From positions 1 through 64,000 of IMG/VR virus record IMGVR_UViG_3300010389_000001: a stretch of DNA of 64,000 bases; one strand, written 5' to 3'. Positions 30,048 through 39,724 of this stretch are shown here, piece after piece. A program made the position numbers and the translations under genes. The notes below the pieces were generated by a model that saw only the letters and a list, made by a program, of their open reading frames with translations, was not told where the DNA came from and made no database searches. Every line of letters begins with the position of its first letter. Positions within the stretch are counted from its first letter, which is position 1.

Positions 30048-30633
30048 CTCCCCTCACTCAAGCGTACCTATCTCTATTAGCAAACTGGCTGGAGATTAAT
30101 TACCTTCTGCAAGGTTCGAATCCTCGCTGTGAAAAAGATAGGTTGAGGCTATAATATTTAAGACTATAAAATGGAAAAGTAAGGTGAGCCTGGGAAGGCT
30201 CTATCCAGCCTGAAAAATGCCATACAAATGGTCGCCTTTTAGATTATAGAAAAGCGTATGCTCACCACCAACATAGGGTCCGGACTACAGAGAGTGGCTT
30301 TCTCATAAGCCACTCTCTGTAAGACACCCGTGAGCGGGTCGCGCTAATGATGTTGGAAACTAGAGGGAAGTAGGGACTTCGTGCGCCCGAATAACAATAG
30401 ACGTTACTGCCTCGCTTAAATCCAGTACCTCTTATGGTGAAACAATCGGTTCCAGCTATAGCTGGCGTGAAATCTGGAGAGCGGTTATTGATCTTGGGAC
30501 CGCACCCCGCTGGCACACCGGGTAAAGTGTGCCAACCCAAAAATATGATAGTCATTCCTATTTTTTTGCGTATAATGTTTTTGCATTAATCTTGATGCCC
30601 CTTAGCTCAGCTTTGGTTAGAGCAGCGGACTGT

Positions 30634-31477
30634 CGCGAAAATGGCAGCTTTAAGGAGAAACTCTTAAAGAAAACCAATCAAATTCGGGGAACCCTTTAAA
30701 ATGGCAATCCCGAGCCAAGCCTCAAAAGAGGAAGGTGTAGAGACTATTTTCTAAATAATTAAAACCTCATCTAGAATGAAGGAAGGAACAATGACAACTA
30801 AACGAGCAAAAAGTCTTTTGTTAGCTATGTCTATCGGTGATGGGTCTGTCCGTAAAGATAGACCAGAGCTTCAAATTGGGCATAGTATAAAGCAAAAAGA
30901 TTTTTGTGAAGAAAAAGCAAAATTGCTTGGAGAATGTTTGGAGCGAAACATTAATACCCGCATAAAAACATATGGCGGATATGATTGTATTCGGTTTAGC
31001 GTTACTCATCCATATTTGAAATTTGTTAGAAAGTGGTTATATAAAAATAATCAAAAAACTCTTAACATTAAAGTGTTGAGAAGACTAACAGATGAAGCAA
31101 TTGCTATTTGGTATATGGACGATGGAAGTCTTTATACTAAAAAAAGAAATGGAATACCTCACGCATTTGAGCTTGTTATTTCAACTTGCTGTCCTACAGT
31201 AGAAGAAGCGCAAACAATTTGTGACTTCTTTTATGAAAGATATGAAGTTAAAATGACGATCAAGAAAATGAAAGGAAGATTTTCCGTTCGCTGTGGAACG
31301 CAAAATGCTCGTAAGTTGATACCTATTCTAGAACCTTATTGTATGTCTGGAATGGAATATAAGTTCAAACCAATTTTAGAAAACTAGACGGTTGGCACCT
31401 AAACAGATAAAGCTGTAGGTGATGGGATAGTCCAGACCACAAACAATTTAATTGGCAGTGAAAACTGTAGTGGTAAG
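30634..31477 (+). mobile_element. Group I intron
   Basis: P1 CTGTC/GGCAG with a U.G pair at the 5' splice site; core AAATTCGGGGAA, GGCAATCCCGAGCC, GAGACT...ATAGTCC; terminal G. Confidence 0.85.
30776..31387 (+). CDS. Intron-encoded LAGLIDADG homing endonuclease (two motifs)
   Basis: LLAMSIGDGSV and IAIWYMDDGSL. Confidence 0.88.
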   Translation: MKEGTMTTKRAKSLLLAMSIGDGSVRKDRPELQIGHSIKQKDFCEEKAKLLGECLERNINTRIKTYGGYDCIRFSVTHPYLKFVRKWLYKNNQKTLNIKVLRRLTDEAIAIWYMDDGSLYTKKRNGIPHAFELVISTCCPTVEEAQTICDFFYERYEVKMTIKKMKGRFSVRCGTQNARKLIPILEPYCMSGMEYKFKPILEN

Positions 31478-32076
31478 TAATCCGCGTGTCCTCGGTTCGA
31501 GTCCGAGAGGGGCAGCCATCTATTTAGCGGGCTTACTCAGAGAGGAACAAAATGTATGTTGTCGATATTTGGGACTCGAAGAACCGAGCCGAAGCCGGCC
31601 CGCACTGGGTTACCGGAAAAGATCTAAGTTTGAAGGAAGCGCTTAATAAAGCAAAGAAGTGGGTTGAGGAATCTGATACCCCGGCTATTTATGAGGTTAT
31701 GTACCGAATTGTTGGATGCCTCTAGGAGAAGTTTTGAGTGAAGAACCTCCCACTTATTGGGAATCTTTAATTGCCGGACTAACAATGACCAAGGAAGATT
31801 GGAAGGCCATTCGAAGTTTGGTGCTAATTATTTTATTTGTTTTAACAATGATTTTCTTTGTTTAAATGATTGGAGGCTTAAATGGGTCTTGACTTTTTTC
31901 AGACTAGAATGGGGCTCACTCTATTTGAGCGAGACGTTCCAGAATTCCTAAGGTTGCTAGAAAGAATTGCCGACGAGCTTAAGCGCAGCAATGATCTAAA
32001 GGAAGAGGGGATGGAAACTGGAACCAAGCGTTCCTTTCGCGGAACCCTTACTGGCGTTGATTATTAACAAAGCTTT

Positions 32077-32149
32077 CTGGACGTAGAACAGGGGATGATT
32101 CGCCGCTTTTGGGAAGCGGAGCACGCAAGTTCGATTCTTGCCGTTCAGA
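32077..32149 (+). tRNA. tRNA-Pro (UGG)
   Basis: CTGGACG/CGTTCAG acceptor; CCGCT-TTTGGGA-AGCGG; GTTCGATTC. Confidence 0.8.
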
Positions 32150-32378
32150 TCATTCTATTGATAGGTTGCTTTATGACCAATCTTTTAAAAGAAACTTTAT
32201 TCTTATCCGATGGCGATACAATTAAGTATAAGCCAACGGGACAGATTGGTATTATAATAAGAGAGCATAATCCTGGCGACTCTGCCGAATCTAGCTATGA
32301 GCTAAAGTTATTGGATCCAGACAAAAAGATTTGGGCTTCCGAGTGCGATATTGAGCTTTTATTTGCCGTGGGCTGATT

Positions 32379-32912
32379 ATGCTAACCTTAGATTCCTTAA
32401 ATCCAGATAAGCCTCTCTCTGTTTTTCTTGCAATTGGCTTTGCAGAGAAAGCCTTCCCGGTTTGGGAAAAAGAATATCCTGAGGATATGAGGCCGAGAAG
32501 GGCAATCGAAGCAGCTAAGGAGTGGCTAAAGAATCCCTCTGCTGCTGCTGCTAATGATGCTCGTGCTGCTTCTGCTGCTTCTGCTGCTTCTGCTTCTGCT
32601 GCTGATGCTGCTGATGCTGCTAATGCTGCTTATGATGCTGCTGCTTATGCTGCTTATGCTGCTGATGCTGCTGCTTATGCTGCTGCTTCTGCTGCTTCTG
32701 CTGCTAATGCTGCTTATGCTGCTGCTTATGCTGCTGCTTTAGTAGTAGATAAAGAAATCTTAATCCACGAAGTAATCTTAGAAAACCTAGACTGGATTCT
32801 GCAATATAAAATAGAGAATGAACAAAGCTTTGCTCAACCAGAGTTGGTCTTTGATTACTTAACCGAAGAACAAAAGCAGAGTTTTCTGTTTAATTTAGAT
32901 GCGGTGGCCTAA
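32379..32912 (+). CDS. Imm5-like protein with Ala-rich repeat, paralog 1
   Basis: WEKEYPEDMRPRRAIEAAKEW, (GCT)n-rich tract, C-terminal FLFNLD. Confidence 0.7.
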   Translation: MLTLDSLNPDKPLSVFLAIGFAEKAFPVWEKEYPEDMRPRRAIEAAKEWLKNPSAAAANDARAASAASAASASAADAADAANAAYDAAAYAAYAADAAAYAAASAASAANAAYAAAYAAALVVDKEILIHEVILENLDWILQYKIENEQSFAQPELVFDYLTEEQKQSFLFNLDAVA

Positions 32913-33282
32913 TTCTAATAATAAAACCATTCGGGGTAGAGGTAATTATGGATCAGGTCATAGGATATATACTAGTTGTTGGTTTCTCATTAGCTTTATC
33001 TACAAGTTTTCTTCTTCATGTTTTTGGTTATCTATACGAAAAGCATAAGGATTATACCAGCGGGCACGTTGAGGAGAGAAAGAACTTTAAGTTGCTTCAG
33101 GGTGGCGTTCGCACTCCACGCGAGGTTGCCGAAGCCAGTTGCGATTCATGTTCCTGCGGCAAGCATAAATAATGACGATGAATCTCATTATTTGAGAGAG
33201 CCCCCCGACGGGCAAAATATTTACATTCATTTCTGCTAATAATTTAAGGCTATTTTGAATAACCACTTTTAGGGAGAATAAA

Positions 33283-34053
33283 ATGCTAAAAGATTTAATT
33301 AAAGTATCCAACTCCTTGGATTCAAAGGGCTTCCGGAAAGAAGCTGATGAGTTAGATAGAATTATAAGAAAGCTTGCTCAGGACGTTGGCTACCCCGGCG
33401 GACTGAATATGGAGAACCGATTTGTAGAAATGCCCACTCTTGAGATTGCTACACCTCCAAAGGGAATGTTCCTAATACCTGGTGATAAGACTTATGGCTA
33501 TGTAATGGATGAGGGAAATGCATCTTATACTGCTTATAAGCTGCCAAGAACGAATATAAATGAGACCAATAGATATATAAAGCTTAAGTCAGGGCTTACT
33601 GCAAATCTGGAAGATAGAGTTCTTCCGGCGGCCGGCATTACGACCCCCATGAAAGAGCACCCAGGGAATGTCGACGAGATACCCATGACAAGGTCGGATG
33701 AGGAAGAGGCATCAACTCCTGAGGTTGATGATCCTTATCTTGCATCAAAGCTTAGACCACTCCTAGAGGCAGTCGAGGCTCAGTATGGCGATGCTCTCAG
33801 GATCCCCGAGGATAATAAAAACGTTAAACAAATTGCAGCCCTTCTAGGCAAGGAGCGCCTTGATATATGGAGAGGAATCTCTACTGCTAAGCTAAAGAGA
33901 ATTGTTGAAAAAGCTATCCGCAAAGCCGAAAAGAGCAATGCTTCAGACGATGCTCTTTTCGCCGAAGCTTCAAGAAAAGAAAAGAGAATCTCCAAGATTG
34001 CTTCTCTTCTATCCGGCGAGTTTAATGGATTGGCAAAGTCTGTAAGGCGATAA
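33283..34053 (+). CDS. Leader-family protein
   Basis: MLKDLIKVSNSLDSKGFRKEADELDRIIRKLA. Confidence 0.8.
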   Translation: MLKDLIKVSNSLDSKGFRKEADELDRIIRKLAQDVGYPGGLNMENRFVEMPTLEIATPPKGMFLIPGDKTYGYVMDEGNASYTAYKLPRTNINETNRYIKLKSGLTANLEDRVLPAAGITTPMKEHPGNVDEIPMTRSDEEEASTPEVDDPYLASKLRPLLEAVEAQYGDALRIPEDNKNVKQIAALLGKERLDIWRGISTAKLKRIVEKAIRKAEKSNASDDALFAEASRKEKRISKIASLLSGEFNGLAKSVRR

Positions 34054-34140
34054 TCCGGGCAAAATATTTACATTTCTAAATAAAGGTTCCCCTCTCAGCA
34101 GATTACTGAGAGGGGTTTTCTTTTGTTACCCCGACTTATA

Positions 34141-34569
34141 TCAGTCTTCGTCAGACTCCTCCGGAGCAACAGAAGCTCCAGCCGATTGAACTGCCTCAAC
34201 CGTAGAAGCAAGAAGAGAAATAACTTCCTCAAAAGCATCCAGCGGAATTCGAGCGGGCTTAGCTCCCTTGCCACTACGCACCCGGAATGAAACCACTCCG
34301 CCCTCACAGCCAATCGTAGAGCGGATTGTATCGGTCACAGAGGGTTCGGTAGCCTCAGACTCAAAGCCGGCCTCCACGAAGCTCTGAAGGCATTCAACAG
34401 CTTCAGCAAATTGGGAAACAGGAATAACTTGAGCGCCAGTCCCCTTGCCACGATTCGTAGCAAAAGAAACAACAGGCTGACCCGAATCATCGAGAGAAAC
34501 AGACATAGTGGAGCGAACAACCTGAATGGGAGACTCAGTGTTATCGGAACCAAAGATTGCGGTAGACAT
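34141..34569 (-). CDS. Tandem-domain GKG protein, paralog 3
   Basis: Similar to 11382 and 17372; conserved promoter on the minus strand at ~34613-34639. Confidence 0.8.
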   Translation of the reverse strand: MSTAIFGSDNTESPIQVVRSTMSVSLDDSGQPVVSFATNRGKGTGAQVIPVSQFAEAVECLQSFVEAGFESEATEPSVTDTIRSTIGCEGGVVSFRVRSGKGAKPARIPLDAFEEVISLLASTVEAVQSAGASVAPEESDED

Positions 34570-34945
34570 ATTTTCTTTCCTTTTTAGGGGGGCGGGACCA
34601 TCCCACACCACCCCATAACCGAGCTAGGATATAGGGCAAGAAATTTTTTATTTTCATTAGAGAAGGATCTGACAGCTCATTACTCCGCCCAAGGAATCAA
34701 AGGAATTATAATAAAAATAATTTTTATTATAATTCCCGCAGACCGGGCACCCCGGGGCAAAATGTTTACTTAGCCATCAAAAACTTCTTTAACTTTTTTT
34801 ACGAACTTATTACTCAGCCTTCTGCTAATAATTTATAATATCATGAGATTCAAGGAGTCTCCTTCAGGCTAACTTGGCCGAAGGCAAACTATTTACAAAG
34901 GAAATCATTCAGCCCCCCGTTAGCTGTCTGTAGGAGAAAACAAAA

Positions 34946-35488
34946 ATGATTAAAGATCTAATTCGTTTAGCTAACCATCTAGACTCTATTGGACTTCATA
35001 AAGAAGCCGATACTTTAGATAAAGTTGCAATTACACTTCAGCCGGATGAGGATTATAATGATGAAATAACAAATGCCGATCCGATAATAGATGCCGCAGA
35101 GAACCTTATAGCCAGGGTAGAGAGGGGCGCAGAAAATGATCCTGCCATCCTCGAAGATGAAAGAGCAAGAGAATCGGCTGGAGATCATCGTCTATATGCG
35201 AAACTATATGAGGAGCTAGAGAGCGGGATATTTAATCTGGCAAAGCATATGGTTGATTCTGGAGGGACAATAGAAGATGTAGCTAGCCAGCTAGAAGATT
35301 CAAAAGAAGGAAGCTTTGGTTATTATTTAGAAAAAGAAATAGTCGAAGAATATGTGCAGGCTCTTATAGATATTGCAAACAAACTCTTTAGAGAAGAGCT
35401 TCCCCCCTTCGAGCTTAAACCAGAGGTCCTAATATCAAAGGCGAATGAAGCTCTAATGTCCGAGCCTTTACCGGAAGCACCCTTCTAG
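34946..35488 (+). CDS. Leader-family protein
   Basis: MIKDLIRLANHLDSIGLHKEADTLDKVA. Confidence 0.8.
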   Translation: MIKDLIRLANHLDSIGLHKEADTLDKVAITLQPDEDYNDEITNADPIIDAAENLIARVERGAENDPAILEDERARESAGDHRLYAKLYEELESGIFNLAKHMVDSGGTIEDVASQLEDSKEGSFGYYLEKEIVEEYVQALIDIANKLFREELPPFELKPEVLISKANEALMSEPLPEAPF

Positions 35489-35737
35489 AAATAATCCCAA
35501 CCCCCAGGGCAATTTATTTACAAAAGAACCAACCCCCCATTAAAGAAGGATCTAAACCATCCTTCTTTTTTTCTTGCATCTTATCCCCGCCGGGTTAGGG
35601 GAGGGCGAGGCCCCCGTTAGATGCAACAGTAATAGCACTTAACTGACCATTCTAATGGAAGAAATTCAAACAAACTAAAGATAATCCGATAAAGACTTAT
35701 CTGGTATTATTTAACCAAAAGAAAAGGAGCCCAAGTT

Positions 35738-36277
35738 ATGTCAGACCAAACGAGCCAAAGGTTATTCTATCTTCACAAGGTAGCACCCAACCTCTATTCT
35801 CTTTATTCTCTAAAAACAGACCATCGCATTTTATCCGGAGTGACTCTAGAAGTCGCTTCGGATTTTTTGTTTTTAAATGAGCCGACCCACCCGGCTCTAA
35901 CTCACGAATGGATTTCTCAAAAGCTTAATGGAAAGTCCGACAAAGATACCGCTCACCTAACCTTCTCTATCAATAGCCTTCCAAACCCAGATCAAAATGA
36001 TCTTTCCATTATTCCCAGCAATCCTTTTTTCAATCCGCCCGGTTTAGATCTTTGTTCAGACTTAAAAGATTACCATCTTCTAAAGATGGACCCCCTCTAT
36101 AACTCTATAAGAACATACAGCAATCATCCCTTAGAGGAAACTTCAATGGAGTCTATGCTTTATAGATTCCTCCAAGAAGAGTTAGAGGCAGATAAGACAA
36201 AAAGCTCTCCCCCCACTAGGGAAGAAGCAAAAGTTATTTCAATGAAGGATTGGAAGACCTTAGACGTAGAAGACTAA
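35738..36277 (+). CDS. Hypothetical protein
   Basis: AAGGAG RBS; promoter variant at 35574. Confidence 0.6.
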   Translation: MSDQTSQRLFYLHKVAPNLYSLYSLKTDHRILSGVTLEVASDFLFLNEPTHPALTHEWISQKLNGKSDKDTAHLTFSINSLPNPDQNDLSIIPSNPFFNPPGLDLCSDLKDYHLLKMDPLYNSIRTYSNHPLEETSMESMLYRFLQEELEADKTKSSPPTREEAKVISMKDWKTLDVED

Positions 36278-36856
36278 GACAACTTTTTCTAATTTATTAA
36301 GGACCCCTTTTCTCCCAGGAGCGAAGGGGTCTTTTTTTTGGGGCAAAGAGGGCCTTTTTTTTGAGAATTAGAAGGCCTTTTTTTCTGAGGATCAGAGGGC
36401 TATATAATTCTGGAATAATTCTTGGGGTTTTTAGGGAAATTGGGGAAAGCCACGCAGCGCAGTTTTTCGCTTTTCCCAATTTTCCCCAAATTCCATATAA
36501 GTTTTTCCGGACCCACTAATCCGGAAAGAGCCTGACCCAAAAAATTTTCTATATATTTTTTTTGGATTTTTCATATAAGCCTATAAGCGCACGCGCGTGC
36601 GGACGCGCGATAGGGGCGGCCATGGGGCCTGCACGCCGGAAACCGAGGAAAGAAAGCCGGGACCAAAAAAGCCTCTGAGATAATGGGGCCCAGGGCTTTT
36701 TGATTTTTGATTTGCCGAGGTCTTTGTCCGGAAAAGATAAGAGCCAAACCGCCTGGTCCCCCCGGTCGGTGAGGATATACTAATTAAGTTTTATTTGATG
36801 TTATGTGGGTTTGGGCATAATGAACAATAACTTATTAGGATAAAGGGAAGCTAAAA

Positions 36857-36991
36857 ATGTTAAAAGACTTAATTAGTTTAGCCAATGCCTTAGGTGAAAA
36901 TGGCTTAAGAGCAGAAGCAGATTACTTAGATAAGATTATAGTCTTTCTTTCCGATCATGGGTTTGAGGCCATTGAGCAACTGGGCTATTAA
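36857..36991 (+). CDS. Leader-only mini-protein (44 aa, not in ORF track)
   Basis: Manual translation MLKDLISLANALGENGLRAEADYLDKIIVFLSDHGFEAIEQLGY. Confidence 0.6.
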   Translation: MLKDLISLANALGENGLRAEADYLDKIIVFLSDHGFEAIEQLGY

Positions 36992-37017
36992 CCCAATACT
37001 TAGTACAAGGGGATAAG

Positions 37018-38115
37018 GTGTTTAACAAGTTAATCAATTTAAAAAAGACTCTATTATCTCTTAACCTTAAGGCTGGAGCCCAAGAGGTTGAGAGGCTAAT
37101 TAAATTAGCTGTGCCGATAGAGGCTGTAATATCTCCCGGGGAAACATCCATAAGATATAACGAAGAAGATGAAGATGAGGAACCCGAATGGAAAGATGAA
37201 GAGCCCAGAGTAGAACCTCCTTATGTTTCCGCTTATCCGACGCGGAGATGGTACGGTTCTTTATCCGCTCTCGGAAACTCTGTTATACTTATTCCAATGT
37301 CTTTTTCATTATTAGAAGAAGATGATATATGGGCTTTATCCAATATCTTTGGACTGGACTATGAATCTGATTCCGCTTCTCTTTTAGAAAAGATAAATGC
37401 TTTTTCTGCTTTTTCATATAAGGCCAAAAATAAGCTTGGAGACAGACATACTCTTAAAGAGCATTATCCAAATCTATGGAAAGCAATATCGGAAATCTTA
37501 GCGAAAAAGGGCTTAAGAGAAGAAGAGGTTATTTATTTAATCTTCGATGAAGATGAGTCTCCAGATCCAAGAATACTTTTGGACCCCGAGTTTTTTGCTC
37601 ACGACATTGGACATATAGATGCAGAGCTTGGCCTTCGTGGCGAAGGATATGAGGTAATGGATCTTTATCATTCTATATGGGGCTTCTTATTCGAAGCATC
37701 TAGATTATATAAATCTGAAGACGGCGATTCTTTGGCTATTGCCTTAAGCGATGATGAAGATGGGGAGCATTATGATTATGATGATATCAACGAGATGACC
37801 CGAAAGTTCTTTCCTCAAAATGTTTTCAGTGGCGACTACGGCGGTGATCCAAGCGATGAAGTTAACGATGTAATCTCGGCAGCATTAGCGGGAGAGTTAA
37901 AGGCAGAAATTCCGGAAACGATAACTTTTGAGGACGAGAAATATCATCTAGAAGAATCTAGAAGAGATGATTTGCTCAAACTAATATCTAACTTTAAAGA
38001 CCAGTTTATGAAGCTAATTAAAACCAAAGGCTCTGAAGATAAATGGGGTTATAAGGGACCGCTGGGCGAAGCCCGAGGTCATGTTATTGTTTACTCTGTT
38101 AACTCTGTTAACTAA
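37018..38115 (+). CDS. Acidic leader-family protein
   Basis: Divergent leader ending ERLIKLA; AHDIGH zincin-like motif. Confidence 0.7.
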   Translation: MFNKLINLKKTLLSLNLKAGAQEVERLIKLAVPIEAVISPGETSIRYNEEDEDEEPEWKDEEPRVEPPYVSAYPTRRWYGSLSALGNSVILIPMSFSLLEEDDIWALSNIFGLDYESDSASLLEKINAFSAFSYKAKNKLGDRHTLKEHYPNLWKAISEILAKKGLREEEVIYLIFDEDESPDPRILLDPEFFAHDIGHIDAELGLRGEGYEVMDLYHSIWGFLFEASRLYKSEDGDSLAIALSDDEDGEHYDYDDINEMTRKFFPQNVFSGDYGGDPSDEVNDVISAALAGELKAEIPETITFEDEKYHLEESRRDDLLKLISNFKDQFMKLIKTKGSEDKWGYKGPLGEARGHVIVYSVNSVN

Positions 38116-38241
38116 GTTTTTATAATTATTCCTTGATCTTAACCAAACCGGCTTGCGCAAGATCAAAGTCTCTATTAATTTTTAAAAATAAGTTATATCA
38201 TTTATTATGATGAACTTTTATTACCTTAGGAGAATTTAAAA

Positions 38242-38862
38242 ATGCTAAAAGAATTAGTAAGGCTAGCTAATGCTTTAGACCAGAGAGGCTTGCAGAAAGA
38301 AGCCGATGCTTTGGACTCAATAATTCAGAAGTCTGCGGCTTCTTGGCCAACAGACGATTATGATTTTTTTGATTTTATAGATGAAACGCGAGATTTTAAA
38401 GGGGATGAGTCTTGGCATCCATCGGATGCCAATAGGGATGAGGCTAAAGAAATATTAGAATTCGACCCTGCAGCTTTCTTTATATATAGATTGCACAAAA
38501 GCTACCCAGATTTGGGCGAGAAAGCTGTACACAAAATAAAGCCGGGATTCTTTTTTTCCCGAAGACTCGATAAAGATTATCCGGACTTAGCCCAGGAATT
38601 TGCAACAAAACTTGCTGAATACCCGGGCTATAAAAGGGAATACTTTGACTTAGGTCTGCATGAAAGAGAAGAGTTCGCGGAAGTCACAAAGAAGGCCGCA
38701 ATAAGTTGGGCCGAGCATACAATGAATCCGGAAAGAGCATTAAACAGAATGGAAAAGTGGTTTCCCACTACGGTCAAAGCTATCAGAGATAACCTAGCGG
38801 ATAGCCCGGAACTGCTAGAGAAAAAGCCATTCCGCAGACGTAAACGGCAATCCTTAGGATAA
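38242..38862 (+). CDS. Leader-family protein
   Basis: MLKELVRLANALDQRGLQKEADALDSIIQKSA. Confidence 0.8.
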   Translation: MLKELVRLANALDQRGLQKEADALDSIIQKSAASWPTDDYDFFDFIDETRDFKGDESWHPSDANRDEAKEILEFDPAAFFIYRLHKSYPDLGEKAVHKIKPGFFFSRRLDKDYPDLAQEFATKLAEYPGYKREYFDLGLHEREEFAEVTKKAAISWAEHTMNPERALNRMEKWFPTTVKAIRDNLADSPELLEKKPFRRRKRQSLG

Positions 38863-38940
38863 AGAAACTGCAGACAAGGCAGGCAGATTAAAAAATTTTC
38901 GCGCCTGAATACAAACTAGACAAACTTACTAGAGAATAAA

Positions 38941-39609
38941 ATGCTTAAAGATTTAATAAAGTTAGCAAATGATTTAGACTCAAAGGGCTTAAGAAAAGAA
39001 GCCGACTATCTAGATAAGGTTATAAGGAAGCTTTCATCAGACTTAGATCTAGAAAACCCATGGGATTTAGATTATGTGCCAGAGGTAGAGCCGAGGCTTT
39101 CGCCCGAGAGTCTTGAGTCTATAGACCCCAAAATTCCTCTTCAGCATTTCCGTGATTCAAAAGATAACTATATTCGGAACATCAGTCGGGTGTTAGGAGA
39201 ACTTAAGGAGGTATGGGGTGATGCGCTTATGAAACCTTGGGCGAAGACGCTGGGCGGGCCTCTATGGTTCTCTGAAGAACCCGGCGAGCAAGGCATCATA
39301 TGGGATGAGGTCAAACGCTTCATGGAAAAGATTAAGAATGGACCGGAAGGAGTTGATACTGAACTAACTTACGATTTTGTTATAGGGACACTTGAAGATA
39401 AAGAGCAAGAGAAATTAGGCGAAGCTATAGAAAATCTTTTTAAACAAATCAATAGAGCGAAAGAGGCGGCCAAGACAGCGAGGAAAGAAAGTCTTAAAGC
39501 CAAAATTAGGCAGCATAAAGAAGGATATGACGATGGTCCTCAGGAGACTTTCGAAAAGGAGATGATTGTTCCATCGGGCGCTCCAGACATTGACCATCCC
39601 ACTTACTAA
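38941..39609 (+). CDS. Leader-family protein
   Basis: MLKDLIKLANDLDSKGLRKEADYLDKVIRKLS. Confidence 0.8.
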   Translation: MLKDLIKLANDLDSKGLRKEADYLDKVIRKLSSDLDLENPWDLDYVPEVEPRLSPESLESIDPKIPLQHFRDSKDNYIRNISRVLGELKEVWGDALMKPWAKTLGGPLWFSEEPGEQGIIWDEVKRFMEKIKNGPEGVDTELTYDFVIGTLEDKEQEKLGEAIENLFKQINRAKEAAKTARKESLKAKIRQHKEGYDDGPQETFEKEMIVPSGAPDIDHPTY

Positions 39610-39724
39610 TTGTCGCATTACCTCATGAGAGGGAATGGTGATTCATTCGAGTAGCCCGAGCTTTCCTAAAACATAATGTTTAGACTCCCCGGAGGGGGTA
39701 AAAAAAAATCGTTGCGAAAAACAA

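Larger units (their letters stand above)
30596..31518 (+). tRNA. tRNA-Asn (GUU) split by a group I intron (exons 30596-30633 and 31478-31518)
   Basis: Joined exons give GCGGA-CTGTTAA-TCCGC, acceptor TGCCCCT/AGGGGCA and CCA. Confidence 0.85.
5137..35522. repeat. Dispersed 16-bp box GGGCAA-N4-(T/G)TTACA, both orientations, almost all intergenic (roughly 60 or more copies by eye, densest at 5-18 kb)
   Basis: Forward e.g. 5191, 5282, 5798, 5831, 5864, 6515, 6548, 6582, 9185, 9219, 9253, 11156, 11191, 11224, 11258, 11291; reverse e.g. 5137, 5742, 6470, 8485, 16798. Confidence 0.9.

Noticed and set aside
32095-32172. N-terminal part of ORF 32095-32376
   Set aside because: Overlaps tRNA-Pro; the real start is probably ATG 32173
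32538-32742. Poly-Leu/Met ORF 32554-32742, and a diversity-generating retroelement reading of the GCT tract
   Set aside because: The ORF is an alternate frame of the Ala repeat; no reverse transcriptase or adenine-specific TR/VR pair is visible, and the copies differ by indels
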